Shown here piece after piece: positions 1 to 8,281 of a stretch of DNA of 64,000 nt. The stretch is from IMG/VR virus record IMGVR_UViG_3300042876_000313, positions 12,617 through 76,616 of that record. One strand, given 5' to 3'. Made by a program: the position numbers and the translations under genes. Below the pieces are notes generated by a model. That model had not been told where the DNA came from and did not search any database. It saw nothing but the letters and a program-made list of their open reading frames with translations. Each line of letters starts with the position of its first letter. The stretch's first letter is position 1. The DNA comes from a virus.

Positions 1-671
1 GGGTGCGCGTAATCGCTCGAACCGTAACCCATTCCGGCGTAACGCTCGGCAATCATCGTTTGCTTGTCCGGGTCGGTCATGGCCGCGATCTTCTGCCATG
101 TCTGCCACGTTTTCAGCCGCTCGGCAATGTCCGCCCGGCATTTCCTCAATTCCGCCTCAAGCGTTTTGATCCGCCCCATGCGGACACCCGGCGACGACTT
201 ATAAAGCGCGTGCGCGATTACTCCCGCCGTCCTGCGCTGCCAGTATTCGGCCTTACTCCAAGCATCCACCGCCCGCCCCGCAATGCGATCATGCCGCGCC
301 GCTGCCCGGTCGGCCCTGGCCTGGCTCTGGTAGCCGTGAACCGCTGGCCCGGCGTCGTAACTGTCCGCCTGCCCTGTCGCCTCATCCGTCCGTTTGTCGC
401 GGTATTCCCCGAAACGCTCCGCCCGATCCGCCGCCCGTTCCTCTGGCCCCATGTCCTCATCCTCGATAATATCAGCATAAGACAGCGCCGTGTCACGCCG
501 GGAAGGCGTCCAAGTTGCGGCGAAGTCGCCCCCGCCGGCCTCCCGCTGCTTGTGCAACGCTTTCCAGCCGTCCGCCCGCAGCCGCTCATACTCGGCACGA
601 GGCACCCGGCCCACATAGAGCCTCAGTTTATTATCTTCCGGGCTATATGTTGCCCTGTTTTCTTCACTCAT
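1..671 (-). CDS. DUF3560-like protein (partial; runs off the window start)
   Basis: Own translation from ATG at 671: MSEENRATYSPEDNKLRLYVGRVPRAEYERLRADGW...EERAADRAERF...WSKAEYWQRRTAGVIAHALYK..PGVRMGRIKTLEAELRK, matching the DUF3560 signature. Absent from the ORF track because there is no stop in the window. Confidence 0.75.
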   Translation of the reverse strand, partial: MSEENRATYSPEDNKLRLYVGRVPRAEYERLRADGWKALHKQREAGGGDFAATWTPSRRDTALSYADIIEDEDMGPEERAADRAERFGEYRDKRTDEATGQADSYDAGPAVHGYQSQARADRAAARHDRIAGRAVDAWSKAEYWQRRTAGVIAHALYKSSPGVRMGRIKTLEAELRKCRADIAERLKTWQTWQKIAAMTDPDKQTMIAERYAGMGYGSSDYAH

Positions 672-741
672 AATTTGATCCTTTCACTTGGGCTTGATTG
701 CCCCCGTGAGCGGCAGCACGCGGCCCCGCTCAAGGGAGAAG

Positions 742-1029
742 TCAGGCGGGCGCTTGGCCGGTCGCTTTGGCGATGGCGGCCCGAATTTCGGAATGGAGAA
801 GGACATTGCCGGAACCGTTCCGGGCCATTAACGCCGCAACCTTTTCCAGCGCCGCCAGCAGATCAGGCGCCGCCGCGATTAATTGGGCATTGGCTTGATT
901 CTCCGCCCGCCCGCACCAGTCGCAATCCGCCACCATGCCCGAACTCCCTTGCACCGTTACCCGGCGCTCCGGTTGCTCTGGAAAAGCGACAACCCGCCAA
1001 GGCCCGCTTGTGTAATTGGTTTTGCTCAT
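742..1029 (-). CDS. Conserved phage early protein (ANAQLIAAAPDLLAAL family)
   Basis: TSGPW...ANAQLIAAAPDLLAALE...RAAIAKATG motif common in phage early regions; start re-assigned to MSKTNY. Confidence 0.75.
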   Translation of the reverse strand: MSKTNYTSGPWRVVAFPEQPERRVTVQGSSGMVADCDWCGRAENQANAQLIAAAPDLLAALEKVAALMARNGSGNVLLHSEIRAAIAKATGQAPA

Positions 1030-1115
1030 AATTCGCTCTTTAGTTGGTTGATTGATCCGATTTATAGCCGTTCGACTAAACAGCCCCAGTCCCCAATGCA
1101 CAACTTCCCGTTGAA

Positions 1116-1316
1116 TTAGGAAATGGATTTATTGAGGGCGTTTTGATGTCGCGCAAGCAACTCCGAAGCCGTGAACCCGTTCACCGGTTTTCCGGTGCGC
1201 TTCGCTTGCTGGTGCATCGCCAAAAGCTGATCGGCGTTTTTGCCGTATTGCGCCCGGACTTGGGAAGGGGAGCAACCAAACATCTTAGCAACTTGCGAGA
1301 CAGTGTAAGTCCTCAT
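1116..1316 (-). CDS. Small HTH-like DNA-binding protein
   Basis: MRTYTVSQVAKMFGCSPSQVR resembles an excisionase/MerR-type HTH. Confidence 0.55.
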   Translation of the reverse strand: MRTYTVSQVAKMFGCSPSQVRAQYGKNADQLLAMHQQAKRTGKPVNGFTASELLARHQNALNKSIS

Positions 1317-1320
1317 GGTG

Positions 1321-1491
1321 TTAATTCTCATAATCTCCAATATCGTGACCGTGAAACTCTTTGACCGCCGACCGGATAACCTCATAAGCCTTGCGGCTGG
1401 CTTCGCTCCCGTAAGGGTTCACTTTTTGGATCGCTTGCTGTTCAGCAATAATCCGGTCAAACTCTGCTTTCGTCATTTTGCTTTTACTCAT
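1321..1491 (-). CDS. Hypothetical protein
   Basis: 56-aa ORF packed in the leftward gene chain. Confidence 0.55.
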   Translation of the reverse strand: MSKSKMTKAEFDRIIAEQQAIQKVNPYGSEASRKAYEVIRSAVKEFHGHDIGDYEN

Positions 1492-2748
1492 GCCATACCC
1501 TTTAGCAACCACCATGCCAACACCTTACACCACGAAAACACCAACCTTTAACGTGAACGCTACTTTATAAAGTGTCCCATTTCTGGACATGTACATTTGA
1601 GACTGTCCAACCGCAGGACACAACACCCGGAAAGATAGATAATGAGACTCAATCTCAAACCCTCCACAAATGCCCCAGGATCGTCTTTGGTTGGATGACC
1701 GGCACAAAGACGTGGGCAATATCCGCCCGTTTAGCCCTACCCAAGCCCAAGCACGCCGCCAAGCCTTCCCACCAATCACCCCACCAACCGATTGACCAGA
1801 CACCAGAACAACACCCCAAACGACCGGACGCCAGCCAACCCAACCGGATTGCAGGAACTACCCGCAGCCGCTCCTGCAACCAGGACGCCGGCCACCTCGC
1901 CAACCGGACGACTGCCCGCCCGGCGCCATGATCCACCAACCAACTGGACAGGACGCCGGCCAGGCGATCAGCTAAGCAACCGCACACCCGGCCCGGACTG
2001 GTGACGACCAACCCGCCAACCAGCACGACGACCGAGCAGCCGAACACCAGATCGGCGCCGACCTTCACCAGCCGACCGGAAAGCCGGGAAGGTGATCCGC
2101 TAACCAGGTGCCCGGCCAAGTCACCCGCCGACCTGCCACCGGGCCGGATGAACTGGACGACGACCGCCACCGCAAGCCAACCGCCGGCAGGACGCCACCA
2201 CCAGCACCTAATCAGCCGGCCAACCACACCACCACAACCACGACCACACAAATCGTTGTAACTAGGGCCATTCAGCCCTACCAACTAGAGCCATTCAGAC
2301 TGGATAAATGAACGTATGGTTGGATGTGAATCGTTGCAATTTTTTCACCCACAAAGACTTACACTTGAAACGCAGACACTAGCACCGAACGGACCTATCC
2401 AAACGGCCCTACTGGACTAGGGCCAAATGGCCCTATCTGACCACGGTGGTCAAAAATAACCAATCGTTGAAGTGGCAGGCATTTGATCCCGTTATTTTTC
2501 GTATTTGAGTTACAGTCAGCAGGTTTGGCGAACTCCTGGCCGGCTGGACTGGCGGGCCGATACCGGGGGGAGTCGAGGGGTGGGCGGGGGTGCGGACCGC
2601 GCAATGATATGCCCACTCTCTCTATCTTGGGTTCAGTTGTGCGATTTTGGGGAAAGTTGGCCGGGTGGAGATTTGGGTGGTAACGGAAGTGATGGTTGGA
2701 ATTTTTACAAATTCCCCCAGACCCCCTGATATGGTGATATGATGATGT

Positions 2749-2789
2749 TCTACGGGTGTTCTACTGTTAATCTACGTTTTCTACGTAGA
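2749..2789. repeat. TCTAC repeat array (four direct, one inverted)
   Basis: TCTAC at 2749, 2760, 2771 (11-bp period) and 2780; GTAGA at 2785; directly upstream of a promoter. Confidence 0.7.
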
Positions 2790-2795
2790 ATTCTG

Positions 2796-2824
2796 TTGAC
2801 ATGGATTGGTTTTTGGTGGATTGT
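2796..2824 (+). promoter_or_regulatory. Sigma70-like promoter TTGACA-N17-GATTGT
   Basis: Perfect -35 with 17-bp spacer, 40 bp upstream of the ATG at 2865. Confidence 0.6.
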
Positions 2825-2864
2825 GGGTGAGTGAAAACTGAAACAAAAAACTGAAAGGCCATGT

Positions 2865-3410
2865 ATGGGAGGAATTTACACTTCGATATTCAACCGGATT
2901 ATGGACAGCAGCGTGTGGAGTGAGGAACCGCATGTGGTTAAAACGTGGCTGACGTTGCTGTTCAAGAAGAATGAACACCAGCAAATATTTGGGACGGCCT
3001 ACAATATTTCGCGGTGGGCGGTTTTGGATGAGAAGGACGTGATTGAAGCTTTGAAGGTGCTGTCGTCGCCGGACACCCGGCGGTTGGAGCCTCAACCACA
3101 TGAGGGAAGGCGGATTCAAAAGATCGAAGGCGGGTGGTTTATCATCAACGGTGAGAACTACGACAAGGAGTTGGCGAAGATTCGGAACCGCATATCGAAG
3201 GCGAACTGGGCGAAGGAAAACCGGGCCGAACAAAAGCTGAAAAAGGGGAATCCTCTGCCTGGTGAAGATGCTTTTGTGAAGGCTCAAAAAGCTGGTGCGC
3301 CGGCTGCGGTTCTGGACAAGTTGAGTGAGCCGGTGGTTCGGAAGCAAGACCCGTCAATTCTGGGCGACTCGGAGACGCAGGATGACCAACCTTCCATCAC
3401 GTCGGTATGA
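2865..3410 (+). CDS. Phage replication-initiator-like wHTH protein (N-terminal domain type)
   Basis: YTSIFNRIMDSSVW...KTWLTLL...EALKVLSSPD...HEGRRIQKIEGGWFIIN...Y resembles a widespread phage replisome-organiser N-terminal family. Confidence 0.55.
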   Translation: MGGIYTSIFNRIMDSSVWSEEPHVVKTWLTLLFKKNEHQQIFGTAYNISRWAVLDEKDVIEALKVLSSPDTRRLEPQPHEGRRIQKIEGGWFIINGENYDKELAKIRNRISKANWAKENRAEQKLKKGNPLPGEDAFVKAQKAGAPAAVLDKLSEPVVRKQDPSILGDSETQDDQPSITSV

Positions 3411-3541
3411 TCGTTGAATTATTAGAAAGCCCCGCAAACGTCAGGCGCATTTGGGCATGGTCAAGGGCGGTGATGGGATCGAGTACCGCTGCTGGTATTC
3501 GGGCGGACGGGTGTGGTTCCGGCGGTGGCATGGCCGGCGTG

Positions 3542-3796
3542 TCAAAGATGTTTCGGTTTCGTTGGGAGACGTTTACGCTTCTGCGGTGGGGCAGCGGTTG
3601 CTGCCGTTGTGAGTTTACGTACCTGCTTGAGCCGATAGAGCGCGTGCTGCAATGCTTGCAGATTGAGTTCTTTCTTGAACTTCTCCGCTTGTCCTGGCGG
3701 CAGCAGGAAATCGTAACGCTTAGTTGGTTTCATCTGCCGATCGAGCCAATCGCGGTACGCCTGGGCAGTGGTTATGAAGTCGCGGATGGTGTTCAT
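3542..3796 (-). CDS. Hypothetical protein
   Basis: Start re-assigned to MNTIRDF; TAATG coupling with upstream gene. Confidence 0.55.
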   Translation of the reverse strand: MNTIRDFITTAQAYRDWLDRQMKPTKRYDFLLPPGQAEKFKKELNLQALQHALYRLKQVRKLTTAATAAPPQKRKRLPTKPKHL

Positions 3797-4008
3797 TATT
3801 CCCTCCAATTCGCTGGGCAGAGCAAGATGTCGCTGGCAGTGGTTCCGTCGTCGCAGATTCGGCAGTTCAGGAGTTCGATAGCGACACACTGGCTGGAAAC
3901 GTCAGGGCCGGTTAGAATCCAGACTTCGGTTGGTTCGCCCAGGTGATTGGTTTCGGGCCAGTCTTTGATGCGGCGCTTAAGTTCGGCGACGGTGATGGGG
4001 GTGTTCAT
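3796..4008 (-). CDS. Hypothetical phage protein
   Basis: ITVAELKRRIKDWPE N-terminus typical of small phage proteins. Confidence 0.6.
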   Translation of the reverse strand: MNTPITVAELKRRIKDWPETNHLGEPTEVWILTGPDVSSQCVAIELLNCRICDDGTTASDILLCPANWRE

Positions 4009-4032
4009 GCGTCAAAGCAGATGCGCGGGCAG

Positions 4033-4317
4033 TTATTTGGTTAGCCTGGGTTGTTTGCCTGGTTCATAGACCCATATTTCAAAATCAGTCCAGTGTGGTT
4101 TTGTTTGGAATATGTGCATGAGTTTAATCCCCCATTCATCAGCAAGCGTCTGGTTCACCGAGTTCATCCAACCGATATATTGGCGAATCTGATTTTGCTT
4201 CGGCTTGCCAGTCCACTCGCAGGAAACTATGTGCGAAGTTCCTTTTTCCGGGGCAGTGTCGCTTACCTTTATCTGGCACTCAACTCCCATGCCAAAATTA
4301 CATCTGAATGTTTTCAT
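4033..4317 (-). CDS. Hypothetical protein
   Basis: ATGA overlap with the methyltransferase stop. Confidence 0.6.
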   Translation of the reverse strand: MKTFRCNFGMGVECQIKVSDTAPEKGTSHIVSCEWTGKPKQNQIRQYIGWMNSVNQTLADEWGIKLMHIFQTKPHWTDFEIWVYEPGKQPRLTK

Positions 4318-5594
4318 TGGTTCAGGTAGGCTTTGATGAACTCCGCCGCGACTTGGGGGACTATGGAATTTCCGTACCCCCTGAGTCGCATGACGGCTGC
4401 TTCACCGCATCTTTCAGCAACAATTTCCGGTTGGCGATCACCGCGCTTACGCACCACTCGGTCGGAAACCCTTGCAAATAACAGGGGAAGGCCGGGTTTA
4501 ACGCGCCGGGCCTTTCCGTCGCGGCAGGGGAGCCAGATGGCATTGTCCCACGCGCCTGGTTGCCGAGTCCTTGGGTCACATTCACCGCGTTCGTCCCCTT
4601 GCACGGCGCATCCGGCATCGTGTCCGGTGTTCTCCATCCGTCCACCGCCATCGCGGCTTGTCTCGGCAACTGGTCGAGCCGTTCCCGTGTCGAGCCGTCC
4701 GGGTTCACGCCTTCCGTCGCCATCCCCGGCGTGTCCTTCCAGTCGCGGCTGCTCGGGCTCGCCCATCCACTCAGCATCTTGACATCCGTGGCGAGGTTGG
4801 TTTGCAGCACCCGGCCCGTCTTGGTGTTCACCCATTTCTCGCCCCGGCGTTCCAAGTCCGCGCTCGTCTCCCCCGCGCTGCCCTCGCTGGACGGGGTTGG
4901 CCAGCCTGCCATCTCCACCTGATTCGCCAGCGGAACCGTTCCGTGAGCGCACTTTCTTGGGTAGAATGTCCGCTCGTTGGCCTCCGGTGTGTGCCACCCC
5001 GCCATCGCAACCGCACTCAACGACGGCCCCTTGTTCCGCGCAACTTCCGCTTCCGCACCCGCAATGCTTCGGCCGCCATTCCCCGCGTTCGCATCGGGAC
5101 TCGGCCACCCAGTACAATCGCTGCCGGATGTGCGGCGCGCCGACAGCCCCAGCGCCAAGTACCGCCGCCCCGATGGTGTAACCTTCGCCTTCACAGTCGT
5201 CGCATATTCTATCGAGCCACCCGTGGCCAATCGCTGAACTAACTTGCTCACCCATGACGGTGACAGGTTTGCACGCTTTGATGAGTCGGAACAAATGCGG
5301 CCATAAATCTCTTTCGTCCGTGATGCCTTTTTGCTGGCCGGCGGATGAGAAGGGTTGACAGGGGCAACTTGCAAACCAAATAGGTCGAGTTGTTGGCCAT
5401 CCGGCGAGTTTAGCTGCGTATGCCCAGCCTGAAATTCCGTTGAACAGGTGGACTTGGGTGTAGTTTTTGAGTTCATCTGGTTGAATGTCGGTTATGGATT
5501 TGCAGACGACATCGCCTGCGGGAATGAGTCCGGCGCGGATGAGTTCTTCCGTCCACGCGCAGACTTTAGGATCGTTGTCATTGTAATAATTCAC
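4314..5594 (-). CDS. C5 cytosine DNA methyltransferase, main (alpha-like) polypeptide
   Basis: Motif I LFNGISG, catalytic motif IV SCPCQPFS, VI GEQV, VIII GAPHIRQRLYWVA, X RLRGYGNSIVPQVA; GTG start coupled to upstream stop; no motif IX seen in this frame. Confidence 0.9.
   Translation of the reverse strand: MNYYNDNDPKVCAWTEELIRAGLIPAGDVVCKSITDIQPDELKNYTQVHLFNGISGWAYAAKLAGWPTTRPIWFASCPCQPFSSAGQQKGITDERDLWPHLFRLIKACKPVTVMGEQVSSAIGHGWLDRICDDCEGEGYTIGAAVLGAGAVGAPHIRQRLYWVAESRCERGEWRPKHCGCGSGSCAEQGAVVECGCDGGVAHTGGQRADILPKKVRSRNGSAGESGGDGRLANPVQRGQRGGDERGLGTPGREMGEHQDGPGAANQPRHGCQDAEWMGEPEQPRLEGHAGDGDGRREPGRLDTGTARPVAETSRDGGGRMENTGHDAGCAVQGDERGECDPRTRQPGAWDNAIWLPCRDGKARRVKPGLPLLFARVSDRVVRKRGDRQPEIVAERCGEAAVMRLRGYGNSIVPQVAAEFIKAYLNQ
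4361..5476 (-). CDS. Nested alternative-frame methyltransferase polypeptide (beta-like; repeated TRD-like units plus motif IX-like segment)
   Basis: 371-codon open frame inside the MTase gene with five GW-x-(T/S)-P repeats and C-terminal LNPAFPCYLQGFPTEW. Confidence 0.65.
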   Translation of the reverse strand: MNSKTTPKSTCSTEFQAGHTQLNSPDGQQLDLFGLQVAPVNPSHPPASKKASRTKEIYGRICSDSSKRANLSPSWVSKLVQRLATGGSIEYATTVKAKVTPSGRRYLALGLSARRTSGSDCTGWPSPDANAGNGGRSIAGAEAEVARNKGPSLSAVAMAGWHTPEANERTFYPRKCAHGTVPLANQVEMAGWPTPSSEGSAGETSADLERRGEKWVNTKTGRVLQTNLATDVKMLSGWASPSSRDWKDTPGMATEGVNPDGSTRERLDQLPRQAAMAVDGWRTPDTMPDAPCKGTNAVNVTQGLGNQARGTMPSGSPAATERPGALNPAFPCYLQGFPTEWCVSAVIANRKLLLKDAVKQPSCDSGGTEIP

Positions 5595-5746
5595 GCGACC
5601 GTCCCTCCACAGAGCCAGGCGCGTTTCCCGGTTTCGATGCCGCGCTTGGCCATGCACTCCTTGAATCGGGCGTTGAATTTCTTCAAGTCCTTCTGTGAGA
5701 AATCGCGGGGCTTGACGATTTTGCGGCGGCGTTTGAAAAAGTTCAT
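5591..5746 (-). CDS. Small basic hypothetical protein
   Basis: MNFFKRRRK..., coupled by 4-nt overlaps at both ends. Confidence 0.5.
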   Translation of the reverse strand: MNFFKRRRKIVKPRDFSQKDLKKFNARFKECMAKRGIETGKRAWLCGGTVA

Positions 5747-5895
5747 GGTCTGGTGATTCCGTAGATGATCCAAGCGATGATTCCGGTGGAAATGCAGCCA
5801 GTGAACAGGCCGATGAAAAAAATGAGCAGGTTGGCGTCGCGCTGTTCGGCCTGGCATTGCTCGCAGAGGTTTTCCGGTTGGTTGGTCTTTTTCAT
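5743..5895 (-). CDS. Small membrane protein
   Basis: Own translation MKKTNQPENLCEQCQAEQRDANLLIFFIGLFTGCISTGIIAWIIYGITRP; one TM helix; ATGA overlap. Confidence 0.55.
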   Translation of the reverse strand: MKKTNQPENLCEQCQAEQRDANLLIFFIGLFTGCISTGIIAWIIYGITRP

Positions 5896-5941
5896 AAACG
5901 GTCGGCAGACTCAGCACCCGGTCTGCCAGCGGTTTGGGTGG

Positions 5942-6226
5942 TCACTCGGTCGGTTTACCCATCGCGGCGGCGGGCGGCGGCGTGGTCGGCGCATTGGCCG
6001 GATCATCGGTCGGAAGCCCAGGAAGTTGCTCGGTCTTCGGCTTGGCCTTCGCCTTGCGCGGCCCACGCTTCTTGATCGGCCCCTTGAGAATCAGCCGCAC
6101 CGATTCGTTGACCTGTTTCAGCTTCTTCTTGGCGGTCTTGGCTTCGGCCAGGATGCCTTCCAATCGCTGGGCCTCGGCTTGCAGCGGCGGCAGTTTGTCC
6201 AGTTCGTCTTTCGTTGGGATGTACAT
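5942..6226 (-). CDS. Coiled-coil basic protein
   Basis: MYIPTKDEL..., coiled coil followed by KKRGPRK basic patch. Confidence 0.55.
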   Translation of the reverse strand: MYIPTKDELDKLPPLQAEAQRLEGILAEAKTAKKKLKQVNESVRLILKGPIKKRGPRKAKAKPKTEQLPGLPTDDPANAPTTPPPAAAMGKPTE

Positions 6227-6266
6227 GTGTTTGTTCTTTCTTCGTCCCGGCGTCATTGCCGGAAAT

Positions 6267-6512
6267 TCATTTGCACGTCTCGCAGAGCAACCGACCGTTC
6301 GCGTCCATGAACCCAGTCCCTTTCGCAACCAGGCAATAGCACTCCCGGCAGTAGTCCAGATCGTGGTTCTTCGCCACCAGCTTCGTCAACTCCATTCGCG
6401 GCCAGTCGGCGATCTCGCTCCCGGTAGGCTCTACGACTAGCGGATTGTTGTCCTTCATGGCCTTCGCGTAGGCCGTCAGGTCGCGCAAGAATTTGTCGAG
6501 TTTCGGGGTCAT
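6267..6512 (-). CDS. Zn-finger hypothetical protein
   Basis: CREC and CETC pairs. Confidence 0.6.
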   Translation of the reverse strand: MTPKLDKFLRDLTAYAKAMKDNNPLVVEPTGSEIADWPRMELTKLVAKNHDLDYCRECYCLVAKGTGFMDANGRLLCETCK

Positions 6513-6519
6513 AAATCAA

Positions 6520-7191
6520 TCATTTTGCCAACCGATAAAACAGCATCGCGGGATTCTGGTTCGTGGACTCCACCCACGGCACCAGCGTTTCCGACTTTGA
6601 CACCCTCCATCCCGCCGGGGAGTTTGTCAAGAATGACGACTGCCACGCCGGTTCAATGTCCAGTTCCCACGCCGTCACCGCGTTCGTTCCGCCGCGATCC
6701 ACGTCGGCCATGAACAGCGTCCACTCCCCGGCCACCGGCATCCCCGCGAAGTCGCCCAGGCGATTGACCCTCGGCGAAGTGTCCGTAATCGTGGAAGGGT
6801 CGTCCATCCGCCCGTCCGGTTGCAGGCGCCCGGTCAAATTCGTCGCCGTGTGACTGTCCCCGGCGGCCCGGTCGTCGAATACCACGTCCAACCCGCCATC
6901 CAGTCGGCCCCACGGGTTGCCCGCCGTCCGGCCCGTCCGGTTCAGAAGCACCACCAGGTTCGTCCGGCCCGGCGTCATGTTCCGCAGGTAGGCGTACAGA
7001 TCACCGTTTGACTGGCCGGCGACCCGCACCCGGCAGGTCAACCGCGCAATCGTCCCCTCGTTCGTCACCGTCATCCGCAGCGACCGCCCGCTTGCGCTCC
7101 CGTCCGGGATCGCCACACTCAGGTTCGTCGCAGAAAACGTCTGCGCCATCAAACCCGAACATACCAGCATCAGCATCATCGTTGTTTTCAT
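6520..7191 (-). CDS. Secreted proprotein-convertase P-domain protein
   Basis: Signal peptide MKTTMMLMLVCSGLMA; AIPDG, GDLYAYL, L..F.G....GEWTLFMAD...W.L P-domain motifs; C-terminal FYRL. Confidence 0.8.
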   Translation of the reverse strand: MKTTMMLMLVCSGLMAQTFSATNLSVAIPDGSASGRSLRMTVTNEGTIARLTCRVRVAGQSNGDLYAYLRNMTPGRTNLVVLLNRTGRTAGNPWGRLDGGLDVVFDDRAAGDSHTATNLTGRLQPDGRMDDPSTITDTSPRVNRLGDFAGMPVAGEWTLFMADVDRGGTNAVTAWELDIEPAWQSSFLTNSPAGWRVSKSETLVPWVESTNQNPAMLFYRLAK

Positions 7192-7194
7192 AGT

Positions 7195-7461
7195 TCAACC
7201 TTTCCATTCTTCGGCGGACAAAAAGAGCCTCCGGGCGCGTTTGAATTTGTTCGCACCAAGCCATACCTCGTAAAATCCCTGCTGCTTGATGATCGAAACC
7301 CGGATGCCCCTTGTTTTCGCCGGCTTGTAAAATCGCGTGGCCTCGTCGAGACTGTCAACCCGGATGCAGTCCTTGGCCGTCAGTGAGGCCAATGCTAGGG
7401 CGAATTTGTGCTTGGCAATCTTCACAGGTCGGGGCGCGTTTCGGATGATCTGGATGCTCAT
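7195..7461 (-). CDS. Hypothetical basic protein
   Basis: Coupled ORF in the operon. Confidence 0.6.
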   Translation of the reverse strand: MSIQIIRNAPRPVKIAKHKFALALASLTAKDCIRVDSLDEATRFYKPAKTRGIRVSIIKQQGFYEVWLGANKFKRARRLFLSAEEWKG

Positions 7462-7658
7462 AACGGTTGGCTTTTGTCTGCCCAGGAGTCCGGGCGATTG
7501 TCGGGTTTGGATTTAGGGCGTCGGCCACCGTGGCATTGCTCGCAGACAACGTGCTTGGACAGGCTTTCCAGCAGGTCGGCCAAAGACTGGCTGATGTTGT
7601 CCGGGACTTCAATCTCAATTTCCCGACCGCATTTGGCGCATGGGATTCGGTGATTCAT
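7458..7658 (-). CDS. Zn-finger protein
   Basis: CAKC...CEQC; ATGA overlaps. Confidence 0.6.
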   Translation of the reverse strand: MNHRIPCAKCGREIEIEVPDNISQSLADLLESLSKHVVCEQCHGGRRPKSKPDNRPDSWADKSQPL

Positions 7659-8281
7659 ACGTTGAAGTCCGGGGCGTGGATTTCGCAGACGACCGAACTG
7701 TGGCGGATAAGACGGCTGATTATCCGGCTGTCCATTGTGGCGATCTGCTTAGTGGAAAGGTTGGTGGTGAACATCGTCCATTGTCCTTCACGCATGGACA
7801 TCATCGTGTAAAGGTTGTCTGCGGAGAACCCGTTCGGGTCTCGCTCGGCACCGAAGTCGTCAATCACTACAAACGGCCAAAGCTGGATGTCCCGGAACCA
7901 TTCCCACGCATCGCCGTTCCGCAGCCGGTTTATCACGTCCGGCCATTTCAAGAACTTCGGAAAGTATTGCTCTCGACCGGAGTTTCTCTCGAACCAGTCC
8001 GATCCTCTGATGGCCTCCCAAAGGCGACCGGCGCAATGGGTTTTCCCGATGCCAGAGTTTCCGCAGAGCGTCAACCAGCGCGGAGACAACCCTTCCTTCC
8101 ACGCGGTTGAAAATCTAGCCACAGCGTCAATCATTGGCTCGATCTCCGAGCGCGGTTCAAGTTTTAACCACTTTGCCCACGTTTGCGTATTGATTTTCAA
8201 GTCCTTCATTGAGGGTTCCGATATTACGGTTAGCGCGGTTTGGAGCCGTTTGCTCATGGACTGGCATGGTTCGGTTGGCAT
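7655..8281 (-). CDS. DnaC/IstB-like helicase loader ATPase (start uncertain)
   Basis: Walker A GNSGIGKT, Walker B VVIDDFG, TMFTTN, SRIISRL; adjacent to initiator. Confidence 0.85.
   Translation of the reverse strand: MPTEPCQSMSKRLQTALTVISEPSMKDLKINTQTWAKWLKLEPRSEIEPMIDAVARFSTAWKEGLSPRWLTLCGNSGIGKTHCAGRLWEAIRGSDWFERNSGREQYFPKFLKWPDVINRLRNGDAWEWFRDIQLWPFVVIDDFGAERDPNGFSADNLYTMMSMREGQWTMFTTNLSTKQIATMDSRIISRLIRHSSVVCEIHAPDFNV

Larger units (their letters stand above)
1740..2830. other. Non-coding strand-asymmetric region; candidate packaging/terminal or origin region
   Basis: + strand is C/A-rich and T-poor over about 1740-2260, then G/T-rich after about 2520 with G-runs at 2565-2590; repeated TAGGGCC/GGCCCTA and AATCGTTG motifs; only low-complexity spurious ORFs. 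Confidence 0.5.

Noticed and set aside
3-1031. 342-aa + strand ORF
   Set aside because: Antisense shadow of the DUF3560-like and neighbouring minus-strand genes; no protein-like features
1572-2311. Several P/T/R-rich or G/V/W-rich ORFs
   Set aside because: Products of the skewed low-complexity non-coding region
1740-2470. Possible CRISPR array
   Set aside because: Repeats are short (7-14 nt), irregularly spaced and lack constant-length spacers; no cas genes
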